A stretch of 11,892 nt of DNA from Limisphaerales bacterium. GTDB taxonomy: Bacteria > Verrucomicrobiota > Verrucomicrobiia > Limisphaerales > JAJOIW01. The translations under genes were made by a program, and so were the position numbers. This document shows, piece by piece, positions 1 to 8,404 of the stretch (position 1 is its first letter; each line of letters starts with the position of its first letter). The stretch is from NCBI GenBank assembly GCA_965657355.1, contig CBFHOE010000003.1, forward strand, positions 173,619-185,510, in the 5' to 3' direction. A model generated the notes under the pieces. It did not search any database and had not been told where the DNA came from. It saw only the letters and a program-made list of their open reading frames with translations.

Positions 1-1923
1 GGTGATGACCTTTTGGGGCGTTTGAATCCAGCTGATGTCGGTTTTTCTGTTTTACCACTTAAAAAAGATGCGTTTAAGGCGGCTACTGAATCTTTTAGTT
101 TCAGTTCGCTTTTTGTCTCTTTTAGTTTTTTTATTATTTTATCAGCCATGATTCTTGTTTTGCTCTTTTTTCAATTTGGTGTGGAAAAAAGACTGAGCGA
201 AATGGGTGTGCTTTCTGCCCTGGGTTATACTGTTAAGAAAATTCGCATTTTTTATCTAACTGAAGGATTTATTCTCGCCGTCATGGGATGTTTCATTGGC
301 GTGTTTTCAGGTAAGGCTTACGCGAAGGCTATGATATTTGGTTTAACAAATGCCTGGAAGGATGCAATCTCTGCTACGCCTCTTTTCTATTTTGAAGAAC
401 CTGCAACACTGTTTACCGGTTGGTTATCTGGTATTCTTGTCGCCCTTTTAGCAATAGCTCTTTCATTCTGGAAGTACTCAAAGCTTCCTTCAGTTAGTCT
501 TATTTCCATTGCTGGTTCATCCCCATCAGTATCAGAATTTTCGGGCATTAGCCGAAGTTGGACGAAGCACCTTTGGGTTCTCTTTTTTTTCGGGGCAGTT
601 GGATTGCTCATACCCGGTTTTAAATCGGATGGCCCAGCTGCTGCTGGTATGTTTTTTGGTGCGGGAAGCTTCCTTCTATTGAGTTTACATATGCTCCTCT
701 ATAAGTGGCTTAATTACTTGGGACGACAAAGTGGTGGTAGCATTTCACGTTTTACCATGTCAGTGAGAAATATAGGGCGTAAACCAAAACGTACTATGGC
801 TGTCGTAGCCAGTCTGGCTTGTGGTGGCTTTTTAGTAACGGCCATCAGCCCTTTTCAAATGGATGCTTCCGTGGGGGCTGATAAGCGGCAATCTGGTACT
901 GGTGGATATGCTCTGTATGGGGCATCCATTGTTCCCATAGTTCAAGATTTAAAATCTGATGATGGTTTAGATTTTTTTGGGTTTGATCAAGACGAGGTAG
1001 AAACTATTGAGTGGGTGCCACTGCGCGTTCGTGATGGTGATGACGCCAGCTGCCTGAACCTCAATAAAGCACAGCAACCAAAAGTAATTGGTGTGGACCC
1101 CAGTAAACTTGCTGACGTTGATGCTTTCACTTTTGCGGGTAAGCCATGGAAACCTATGGTGGAGAAAAATGTTTCTGGTTGGAATGTTCTTAATCAAAAC
1201 TTAGAGGATGATTCAATCCCAGCTATCGTCGATGCTGCAACCTTGGCATGGGCTCTCAAAATGAAACTTGGCGATTATATTGAATACCCTGGCCCCTCTG
1301 GTGAGAAAATAAAATTAAGATTTGTGGCAACCCTCCAGGGGTCTATGCTTCAAGGTGTATTGATTATTGCTGACAAAGCATTTCAAAATACTTTTCCATA
1401 CGAAACTGGTTTCAGAGAATTCCTCATAAATTCGCCAAAACCAGAAGAAACATCCAAGCTTTTGACCAGAGCGATGGAAGATTTTGGGATGGAAATCACC
1501 CCTTCCGTAGACGTTCTTAATAGGTTTAATGCGGTGCAAAATACCTACATAAAGACGTTCCAGTTACTAGGGCAGTTAGGAGTGATTCTTGGAAGCCTCG
1601 CTATTGCTGTCATTGCCATGAGAAACGTCTTCGAACGGTCGGGGGAATTGGGCCTCCTGGAGACTATTGGTTTTCAACGGGCCACTCTGCGTTGGCAAAT
1701 TGGCCTAGAACACTGGGTTTTATTATGGCTTGGTTTGGTTTTCGGACTCATTTCTGCCACCCTGGCCGTTTTGCCAGTCATATTGTCCGGATCCGGACAA
1801 ATATCCCTTCTACCTGTCTTTACAAGCCTTTCATGGATTCTCGCCTCTGGATCAATATGGGTTCTTGTGGCTCTTTCTGCCGCGTTTCGAGGACACTTCA
1901 AAAACTCCATCAAAGAGCTTTAA
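1..1923 (+). CDS. ABC transporter permease, FtsX/MacB-like with two FtsX-type TM blocks, 5'-truncated by the window edge
   Basis: Frame 1 is open from base 1 (GDDLLGR...), so the TTG at 13 is probably not the real start. Two FtsX-type signatures are present (VEKRLSEMGVLSALGY...EG and VFERSGELGLLETIGF...EH), each beside several hydrophobic helices. A long soluble domain containing GDDASCLNLN lies between them. Stop TAA at 1921-1923. Confidence 0.88.
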   Translation, partial: GDDLLGRLNPADVGFSVLPLKKDAFKAATESFSFSSLFVSFSFFIILSAMILVLLFFQFGVEKRLSEMGVLSALGYTVKKIRIFYLTEGFILAVMGCFIGVFSGKAYAKAMIFGLTNAWKDAISATPLFYFEEPATLFTGWLSGILVALLAIALSFWKYSKLPSVSLISIAGSSPSVSEFSGISRSWTKHLWVLFFFGAVGLLIPGFKSDGPAAAGMFFGAGSFLLLSLHMLLYKWLNYLGRQSGGSISRFTMSVRNIGRKPKRTMAVVASLACGGFLVTAISPFQMDASVGADKRQSGTGGYALYGASIVPIVQDLKSDDGLDFFGFDQDEVETIEWVPLRVRDGDDASCLNLNKAQQPKVIGVDPSKLADVDAFTFAGKPWKPMVEKNVSGWNVLNQNLEDDSIPAIVDAATLAWALKMKLGDYIEYPGPSGEKIKLRFVATLQGSMLQGVLIIADKAFQNTFPYETGFREFLINSPKPEETSKLLTRAMEDFGMEITPSVDVLNRFNAVQNTYIKTFQLLGQLGVILGSLAIAVIAMRNVFERSGELGLLETIGFQRATLRWQIGLEHWVLLWLGLVFGLISATLAVLPVILSGSGQISLLPVFTSLSWILASGSIWVLVALSAAFRGHFKNSIKEL

Positions 1924-2147
1924 AATGTCTCCAAATACAAAATGTAAGTTTAGTATTATATGTTTAAAATTTATTAAACATATTAAATGAAATGTGCGGT
2001 TGATCTGCTCATCCTATGTTCTTGTTTTGTTGATTTTCATGCGTGAAATTTGCGCATAGGTGCGTCAGCTCGCCACAAAAATTTGCTTAAATAAAACTTG
2101 GTGACTTAAAACAATAAGAAATTAGAAGAATGACAAATAATTTTGTA

Positions 2148-2163
2148 TGGCACGGAATTTTCT
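2148..2163 (+). promoter_or_regulatory. Putative sigma-54 (-24/-12) promoter of the pilin-like gene
   Basis: TGGCACG-GAAT-TTTCT versus consensus TGGCACG-N4-TTGCW. The -24 element is perfect and the spacing is correct, but the normally conserved -12 G is mismatched. It lies about 80 nt upstream of ATG 2242. Confidence 0.5.
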
Positions 2164-2241
2164 AGTGGACATGTATCGACGGATTTGCAAAATGTAGACC
2201 AAATCCGTCGTTTTAACTATCGAACTAAACGATCAAAATAC

Positions 2242-3052
2242 ATGAAAACACAAACTCAAAACAAAAAAGGGTTCACCCTTATTGAGCTGTTGGTTGTTAT
2301 CGCAATCATCGCTATTCTTGCGTCTATGCTTCTTCCTGCGCTTTCCAAAGCAAAGGCAAAAGCTGTGCGTATTAAGTGTGTGAACAATCTCAAGCAAATC
2401 TCACTAGCCTATAAATTGTGGGCAACTGATAACGAAGACCGCTTCCCATTCTACGTATCATCACTAAATGGTGGGTCATCAGAAGTTATCGAAAAGAGAC
2501 AAGCTCAAAATACTTGGTATCACTTCCTCGTTCTATCAAACGAGTTGAACGTTCCAAAAATTTGCATCTGCCCTGCTGACAACGGCCGCCAGGAGTCCAC
2601 TGACTTCTCACTACTACAAGACGGTCAAGACGGTATTGCTTTTGCTGCTAACGACAATGTTTCATTCTTCGTTGGTGTTGAAGGTGACGAAACCAAGCCT
2701 GGTATGCTTCTTGCCGGAGATCGTAACCTAGAAGGTACTCCAACTTTCCAAGGTTCAGTTTCTGGTTCATTGAGAAGAAAATTCCAGTTCAACTCTTCTG
2801 TTTTCTCTGACTTAGGTAATGCCTTCAAGACGTATATCTGTTCCAGCCGGTGCCAGAGACAATGAAATCGGATGGACTGACAATGACATCCACCAGGCTG
2901 CTGGTAACATTGCTCTTGCTGATGGTTCTGTTCAGCAGGTAACTACTTCACGATTCCGTGAAGCTGTTCTCAATTCTGGTGATGACTACAACCGCGTTTC
3001 TATGCCAGGAAGAGAAACAAGAAACTCACGTCCTAGAAACATGAGGTTCTAA
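2242..3052 (+). pseudogene. Prepilin-type N-terminal cleavage/methylation protein with C-terminal H-X9-DG motif, frameshifted into two overlapping frames (2242-2865 and 2816/2819-3052); true pseudogene or sequence error
   Basis: ATG 2242 gives the class III signal [38 protein letters not shown], followed by C.NNLKQI, ICPAD and AGDRN. The family C-terminal motif H-QAAGNIALA-DG-SV is in a different frame (ORF 2819-3052). Removing one base in 2816-2862 gives a single 269-aa protein. Confidence 0.8.
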
Positions 3053-3073
3053 TTTAAACAACAAAGCATTTCA

Positions 3074-3109
3074 AAAAACCCGGTTTGGTTTCTACCCGAC
3101 CGGGTTTTT
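3074..3109. terminator. Rho-independent terminator, probably bidirectional
   Basis: AAAAACCCGGTTTGG-TTTCTA-CCCGACCGGGTTTTT forms a GC-rich stem flanked by A5 and T5. It starts about 20 nt after the stop at 3052, which supports 3052 as the real end of the pilin-like gene. Confidence 0.9.
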
Positions 3110-3165
3110 CTATTTGAGGCATAATTCATAGCACCAATCTTTGTTTGTAAGTCGAAGGACTGATT

Positions 3166-5301
3166 ATGGCATCATTACTAAAACAAATACTAAGAACCCT
3201 ATTTAAATTTCATGTCGAAGGAAAAGAGATTTTAGAGCAAAAAGGACCTGTCCTTCTTGTGCCTAATCACGTGTCTTGGCTGGATTGGTTATTTTTGGCT
3301 GTTGTTTTGGAAGAGGACTGGAAATTTGTGGTCTCTAGCCGCGTTGCCAACAAAGGCTGGTTATATCGAAAAATAACTATTAATTCCCGGACTTTTCCTG
3401 TGGAGGTTGGCTCTCCATATGGATTAAAGGAAATTATAAAATACCTCAATTCAGGCGGTAGATTGGTTTTATTTGCCGAAGGGCGACTATCTACTTCTGG
3501 ATCTTTGATGAAACTTTATGATGGTATTGGTTTTCTAATTCAAAAATCAGAAGCTACTCTTATTTCAGCTTACCTGAGGGGAGTTAAAAGGTTGAGATGG
3601 GTCCAGCATGATGGTTGGACAAAATGGTTTCCCAAAGTCTCATTACACATCAGGAAAATTCCTGAGAAACCGCCTATTTGCGAACTTAAAGCTTCTACGC
3701 ACAGACAGAAATTAAATTCTTGGTTAACAATGCAAATGATGCAGCATCGGTTCGAAGTTGAACACGATTCTGCACCAGAAGCCGTCTCAACCTCGACACT
3801 GCACGCTGCAAAAGAACAGCCTAATAAAATCATTTTTGAAGATGCTACTCAACAGTCTCTTAGTTATTCCAAGCTAGTCATTGGTGCCGATATCATCGGG
3901 CGTGAGATTGAAACCGAGATAGAACAATCTCAAAATCTTGTCGGAGTTCTTCTGCCTAATATAAATGCCACTCCGGTGACTCTACTCGCTCTTTGGTTTC
4001 TTGGAAAAACGCCTTCTTTATTGAATTATACCTCTGGCTCCTCTGTTATGTGCCAATGCGCGGAATTCTCGAAATTAAAGACTATTGTCACGTCGAGAGC
4101 ATTCATTGAAAAAGCCAATATAGATATTGATCCCTTTAAAAGTGCCGGACTCGATTTAATTTTTCTTGAGGACATAAAAAAGAGAATAAATCTTTCAGGG
4201 AAATTGGGAGCATTGTATCGGTTTAGATTTGAACCGGACCTCATTAATAGAGGAAATCAAAAGAGAGAAGATACAGCCGTGGTCCTGTATACGAGTGGGT
4301 CAGAGGGAAGTCCTAAAGGTGTTGAGTTATCTCATGGGAACTTATTAGCCAATATCGAACAAGTGCTTTCTGTTACTGATATTAAGGACAAAGACCGAAT
4401 CTTTAATCCCTTACCATTATTCCATAGTTTCGGGTTAACTATTGGAACTATTTTGCCAATGACAAAAGGCCTCTATTCTTTCTTATATCCCAACCCTCTT
4501 AACTATAAGGCAATCCCATCGGCAATTTATGATCTCGATTGCACAATAACAATGGGAACCAATACTTTTTTGAGCCAATACGGTAAAGCGGCCCACCCAA
4601 TGGATTTTAGGAATCTCAGATACATTTTCGCTGGCGCCGAAAAACTTCAGGACAATATTTTCGATTTTTGGAATGAGAAATTTGGGGTTCGGATATTGCA
4701 GGGCTACGGTGCCACGGAGACCTCTCCCTGTGTTTCTGTAAATACTCATATGTTCCACAAAAAAAGCACGACAGGTCTTCCGTTGCCTGGTCAGGAATTG
4801 AAAATTGAGAGTATTCCTGGAGTAGAGGAAGGGGGTAGGATTCTGATCAAGGGGCCTAATGTCATGAAAGGGTATCTCAACTCAGAGCCCAATAAAAAAT
4901 TTAAGGCATTGAATGGCTGGTATGACACGGGTGATATTGGTTTGATCGACGAAGATGGTTTCTTGAAATTGCTAGGACGGTTAAAACGCTTCGCCAAAAT
5001 AAGTGGTGAGATGGTTTCCCTGACTGCTATTGAAGAAATTCTCAACAATCACTTATCAAATAATTATGATGGCGGTTTATTGCTTGCCGTTGCCTCAGCT
5101 CCAGACCAAGCAAAAGGTGAAAAAATAATCGCTTTTACCAACGCTAGCTCTCTTACTTCAAAGGTGCTGAGAGATGCAATAAAGAAGGGGGGGCTCTCAC
5201 CCTTATGCGTTCCTAAAGAAATTAGGATTATCGATGAAATACCGACACTTGGAACCGGTAAAATTGACCATAAGGCCTTGACCGCTTTGGCTGCGGAATA
5301 G
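3166..5301 (+). CDS. aas: Bifunctional 2-acylglycerophosphoethanolamine acyltransferase / acyl-ACP synthetase
   Basis: 711 aa. N-terminal PlsC-type acyltransferase motifs (NHVSWLD = HX4D; FAEGRLS). C-terminal adenylate-forming domain (YTSGSEGSPKGV, GAEKL, QGYGATETSP, GWYDTGD, GRLKRFAKISGEMVSL, GTGKID). The architecture and length match Aas. Confidence 0.9.
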   Translation: MASLLKQILRTLFKFHVEGKEILEQKGPVLLVPNHVSWLDWLFLAVVLEEDWKFVVSSRVANKGWLYRKITINSRTFPVEVGSPYGLKEIIKYLNSGGRLVLFAEGRLSTSGSLMKLYDGIGFLIQKSEATLISAYLRGVKRLRWVQHDGWTKWFPKVSLHIRKIPEKPPICELKASTHRQKLNSWLTMQMMQHRFEVEHDSAPEAVSTSTLHAAKEQPNKIIFEDATQQSLSYSKLVIGADIIGREIETEIEQSQNLVGVLLPNINATPVTLLALWFLGKTPSLLNYTSGSSVMCQCAEFSKLKTIVTSRAFIEKANIDIDPFKSAGLDLIFLEDIKKRINLSGKLGALYRFRFEPDLINRGNQKREDTAVVLYTSGSEGSPKGVELSHGNLLANIEQVLSVTDIKDKDRIFNPLPLFHSFGLTIGTILPMTKGLYSFLYPNPLNYKAIPSAIYDLDCTITMGTNTFLSQYGKAAHPMDFRNLRYIFAGAEKLQDNIFDFWNEKFGVRILQGYGATETSPCVSVNTHMFHKKSTTGLPLPGQELKIESIPGVEEGGRILIKGPNVMKGYLNSEPNKKFKALNGWYDTGDIGLIDEDGFLKLLGRLKRFAKISGEMVSLTAIEEILNNHLSNNYDGGLLLAVASAPDQAKGEKIIAFTNASSLTSKVLRDAIKKGGLSPLCVPKEIRIIDEIPTLGTGKIDHKALTALAAE

Positions 5302-5501
5302 TTTATAATCAATTCTGCTTCCCTATTTTTAAGTGCTTTCCAGGAACCTATTTTTTGCGAATTTACTTGTAAAAATTCATTCTCTGGTAATTATCTTTCT
5401 CCGTTTTGGCCCAATTAATTTAATGGGAATGAAAATTGTGTGATTCTATCTTGAATTGGCTTTTGGATTGATTCGAAAAAGACCTTAAAAGTAGCCTTAA
5501 A

Positions 5502-5876
5502 ATGGAGATTTTTAAAAAATTCACCTTTGATGCCGCTCACTTCCTACCGAATGCACCGGAAGGGCATAAATGTGGTAGAATGCACGGCCATACCTATGTT
5601 GTTGTTATTCATGTTAGAGGCGAGGTTGATCCTCACATGGGATGGGTCCTCGACTTTGCGGATATCAAAGAAGCTTTCTCCCCTTTATTAGAAATTTTTG
5701 ATCATCATTTGTTAAATGAAATTGAGGGGTTAGAAATTCCTACGAGTGAGAATATAGCCAAATATATTTGGGAAAAGCTTCGTCCAACCCTTCCCGGTTT
5801 GTCAAAAGTTGTTGTGCAAGAAAACGATTCTAGTGGGGCCATATATACTGGTCCCTCTATTGGCAATAAGAGCTAA
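5502..5876 (+). CDS. queD: 6-carboxy-5,6,7,8-tetrahydropterin synthase (queuosine/7-deazaguanine pathway)
   Basis: 124 aa with FDAAH, HKCGRMHGHTY (catalytic Cys and Zn-binding His), G.V.DF, DH..LN and PTSENIA motifs of QueD/PTPS-I. Confidence 0.95.
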   Translation: MEIFKKFTFDAAHFLPNAPEGHKCGRMHGHTYVVVIHVRGEVDPHMGWVLDFADIKEAFSPLLEIFDHHLLNEIEGLEIPTSENIAKYIWEKLRPTLPGLSKVVVQENDSSGAIYTGPSIGNKS

Positions 5877-5964
5877 AATTTAAAAATGAGAGCTATCGGT
5901 AATTTGGTTGAAGCTTCTAGTGATCCTTGCATAGTGATGTTATTTGCTCAATAATACCCGAATC

Positions 5965-6930
5965 GTGGCAGATCAGATACCAAATAAAGTTGAGCCTACG
6001 AATGAGCTTCAAAACAAGGCGACAGAGGAGATTGTCGACTCTGCCAATAAATCAGAATTTCTCGCAAAGTCCAATCCAATCACTCCCTATATAATTGCAG
6101 ACTTAGTATTCCTAGCAACGGCAATAGCAGTACTCGTTTTTGGTTCCAGGCCGATGACCATCACGGAATTATTGGTGGTTGCTTTTTGCGTAACTGCCGG
6201 GGCTTGGTGTATGATTTATCCCTTTAAAAGAAGAAGCGATATCGAATTGCAGGTAGCACAAAACCAGGCGATAAACCAATCTGTTGCTGAGTTAAACAAT
6301 TTGGATTCACTTGTTGCTCGCATAGAAACAGCATCTGGTAATTGGGCGGGCATACAGGAAAAGGCAGAGCAATCCCTCCATAGCAGTCAAGAAATAACCA
6401 GTGCTATGATCAAAGAATCCGAGTCATTCAAAGGCTTCTTGCAGACCGCGGCGAGTGAGGAACTCCAACACTTACGACTTCTACTTGATAAGATGAAAAG
6501 AGCTGAAAAGGATTGGGTCGATAAAGTCGTTGCTATGCTCGATCATTCTACAGCCTTGAAATGGGCCGCTCAGAGAAGTAACAACCTCAACTTGATTCAG
6601 CAAATAACAAACTTTCAATCAAAGCAGGTTGAGATTGCAAGGCAAGTTGGGCTTATTCTCTTAGAACCGCAAAATGGCGACTCTTTTGACGAAGAACTCC
6701 ACCAGCCAGCCAGTAATGATGAATCGATTGGAAATGGAGACATCATAACAGCCCCGAAAAGTGCTGGTTTTAAGTTCCGAGGTGTCGTTTTCCGCAAAGC
6801 TCTGGTCACTTGTAAAAATGAGGAGTCAGCCCAACAGTTAAACCCATCACAATCGACGACATTTAACTCCGAAGAATCTCAAAATCACCCGGGGTCGTCG
6901 ACGGATAGTCCTCAGCAGAACCTCTTATAA
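5965..6930 (+). CDS. Membrane protein with two N-terminal TM helices, a long helical/coiled region and a C-terminal GrpE-like beta-domain
   Basis: The ORF spans 5944-6930. GTG 5965 (MADQ...) is a plausible start but uncertain. Hydrophobic pair YIIADLVFLATAIAVLVFG and ITELLVVAFCVTAGAWCMIYPF. The C-terminal GDSFDEELHQ...GDII....AGFKFRGVVFRKALV resembles the GrpE head pattern G..FDP..H.....GY...G.V.R.A.V. Confidence 0.7.
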   Translation: MADQIPNKVEPTNELQNKATEEIVDSANKSEFLAKSNPITPYIIADLVFLATAIAVLVFGSRPMTITELLVVAFCVTAGAWCMIYPFKRRSDIELQVAQNQAINQSVAELNNLDSLVARIETASGNWAGIQEKAEQSLHSSQEITSAMIKESESFKGFLQTAASEELQHLRLLLDKMKRAEKDWVDKVVAMLDHSTALKWAAQRSNNLNLIQQITNFQSKQVEIARQVGLILLEPQNGDSFDEELHQPASNDESIGNGDIITAPKSAGFKFRGVVFRKALVTCKNEESAQQLNPSQSTTFNSEESQNHPGSSTDSPQQNLL

Positions 6931-7627
6931 ATAAATATAATTCCTGGCGGCACACAAATTAGTCGCTTAAGTTTTACCTCAGCAACTCGCTTATTCACCG
7001 GATGCTTAAGTGCAGCAAATTAGGTGATTTCATTATTAATGATTTGAATCATTGGTGGAGATTTTGTTTTAGGTGACCCTCATGCATATCATTAATCAGA
7101 GAAGTTTTTCTCAGGGCTCTAGTTCTAGTAACTCTTTTAATATGTAAAGGTTATTGGAATATCAAATACAGGAGGTGTCATTTGATTCCACTAATCAGAG
7201 TATGAGAACTGGGGATGCATACTTCTAAGCAAAATTCTATTTTCAAAGTGACGCTCTCGAACTCGCTATAGTCACCTTAAAATAAATAGATCCTAAGTCC
7301 GTGTTTGGCGACCCTGGGCCATGCAGCCTCGAAGTATTCAGTAGTTGTCATTTCACTGAATCATGGCTGTCCTGCGATTCTATTTCCTGAAGGCTGCACG
7401 AAATGAAGTCACAATCCGCTAAGAGGACAAAATTTCCCTGGAGTGATGCTTTGAATCAATTATTTCGATTTCTGTAGTTTAAAGTCTCTTCCTTTTTGGA
7501 AGATAGAAAGCAACATTTTCATGACGCATTTAAGCTGCCATGTGGAATACTAAACTTAGAATCTTATTTAAATGGAGTAGGACATATTTTTACCTACAAG
7601 ATAGAGCTTGCCTTCGACAAAAAACCC

Positions 7628-7927
7628 TCAAGAATTAAAGTCATACACCAGCAACTTTTCTAAATTTGGTTTCAGGTAATTTTCGACAAACTCCACATGC
7701 TTGGGGTGCTTTTGATATGTTGCAAGGTCTTCCATAGATTGGAACTGCATATTCAAAGCGACGTGATAGGTTTTGTCCACCACTGGCCGGTCGGTTGGAT
7801 ACATTTGACCTGCATGAAATGCCTCAACACCAGGAATGTCTTCCAATAACTTAGCTGCCCCATCCAAAATTATTTCTACATCTTTGGAAGGATCCTTAGC
7901 CCATATAATGACAACGTGAGATACCAT
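7628..7927 (-). CDS. Dabb family (stress-responsive A/B barrel) protein
   Basis: 99 aa with HVV..W.K, IPGV, F.S.EDL..YQ.HP.H..FV and terminal YDF, the typical Dabb pattern. Confidence 0.88.
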   Translation of the reverse strand: MVSHVVIIWAKDPSKDVEIILDGAAKLLEDIPGVEAFHAGQMYPTDRPVVDKTYHVALNMQFQSMEDLATYQKHPKHVEFVENYLKPNLEKLLVYDFNS

Positions 7928-8404
7928 ATTTCTATTTGTAATATACCTGATAAATATAAGGGACAGACACTTATTTATGCAATTGTCTTATCAAAACGCT
8001 ACCATGTACTATGCGTCTACCCGGAATTTACCAAATCGATGATCGAGTAGATTAATATTCATACGTCCTCGTTAGGAGGGAGGATAGAAGAATTGTTTTT
8101 GGTAGCCAAGAAGCTAAAGTTTTTCAAAAGACGACAAGAGAATTTGCCCTCTTCTCAAGGTCACTGAGGTTACGGATCGCGGCGTCATGGGAAGTAAGGA
8201 TGTCATTTAAGTTATTTAAAAACGATTTTTGTGAGGTCCATGACAAATCATATTATCTCAGTCTGAAGGCTCGAAACCAACTAAGGCATAGAAATTTATT
8301 TTTTTAGATGTGGCCGAAAAGATACGAATTGGGAGCTCAAATTTTTTGCATCCCAATAATCATAACTGGACATGAGCGGAAGCGATTCGATAGATTAATG
8401 AGTA

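Noticed and set aside
1957..1984. dif/Xer recombination site (arm-6-arm geometry)
   Set aside because: The arms do not match the XerD arm TTATGTTAAAT, and there is no recombinase in the window.
2143..2241. N-terminal extension of the pilin ORF from TTG 2143
   Set aside because: ATG 2242 gives a normal short basic prepilin leader, and the extension overlaps the putative promoter.
5302..5501. preQ1 riboswitch upstream of queD
   Set aside because: No P1 stem with the conserved loop and A-rich tail is visible. The GAGGTTCTA near 3043 is in the pilin coding end and lacks a pairing partner.
387..6809. Short ORFs in the track that are antisense to or overlap the main genes (e.g. 387-611, 967-1197, 1692-1967, 2625-2828, 3267-5312 series, 6615-6809)
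   Set aside because: They are shadows of well-supported genes and show no recognisable motifs. The same applies to 8360-8545, 9393-9590 and 11460-11672.
7063..7286. Retron msr-msd interpretation of the fold-back region
   Set aside because: No reverse transcriptase gene is adjacent or anywhere in the window.
7403..7663. 87-codon + strand frame with one internal TAG (7475-7477), considered as readthrough or pseudogene
   Set aside because: No recognisable protein motif, no clear RBS, and it overlaps the 3' end of the Dabb gene. It is compatible with chance.
8124..8246. 40-aa minus-strand TTG ORF with amphipathic, loosely SlyX-like sequence
   Set aside because: Too short, no RBS, an in-frame stop just upstream, and it lacks the SlyX PPHY end.
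6931..8404. CRISPR array, tRNA or IS element in the long intergenic gaps
   Set aside because: No regularly spaced repeats, cloverleaf/T-loop motif or transposase remnant was found by eye.
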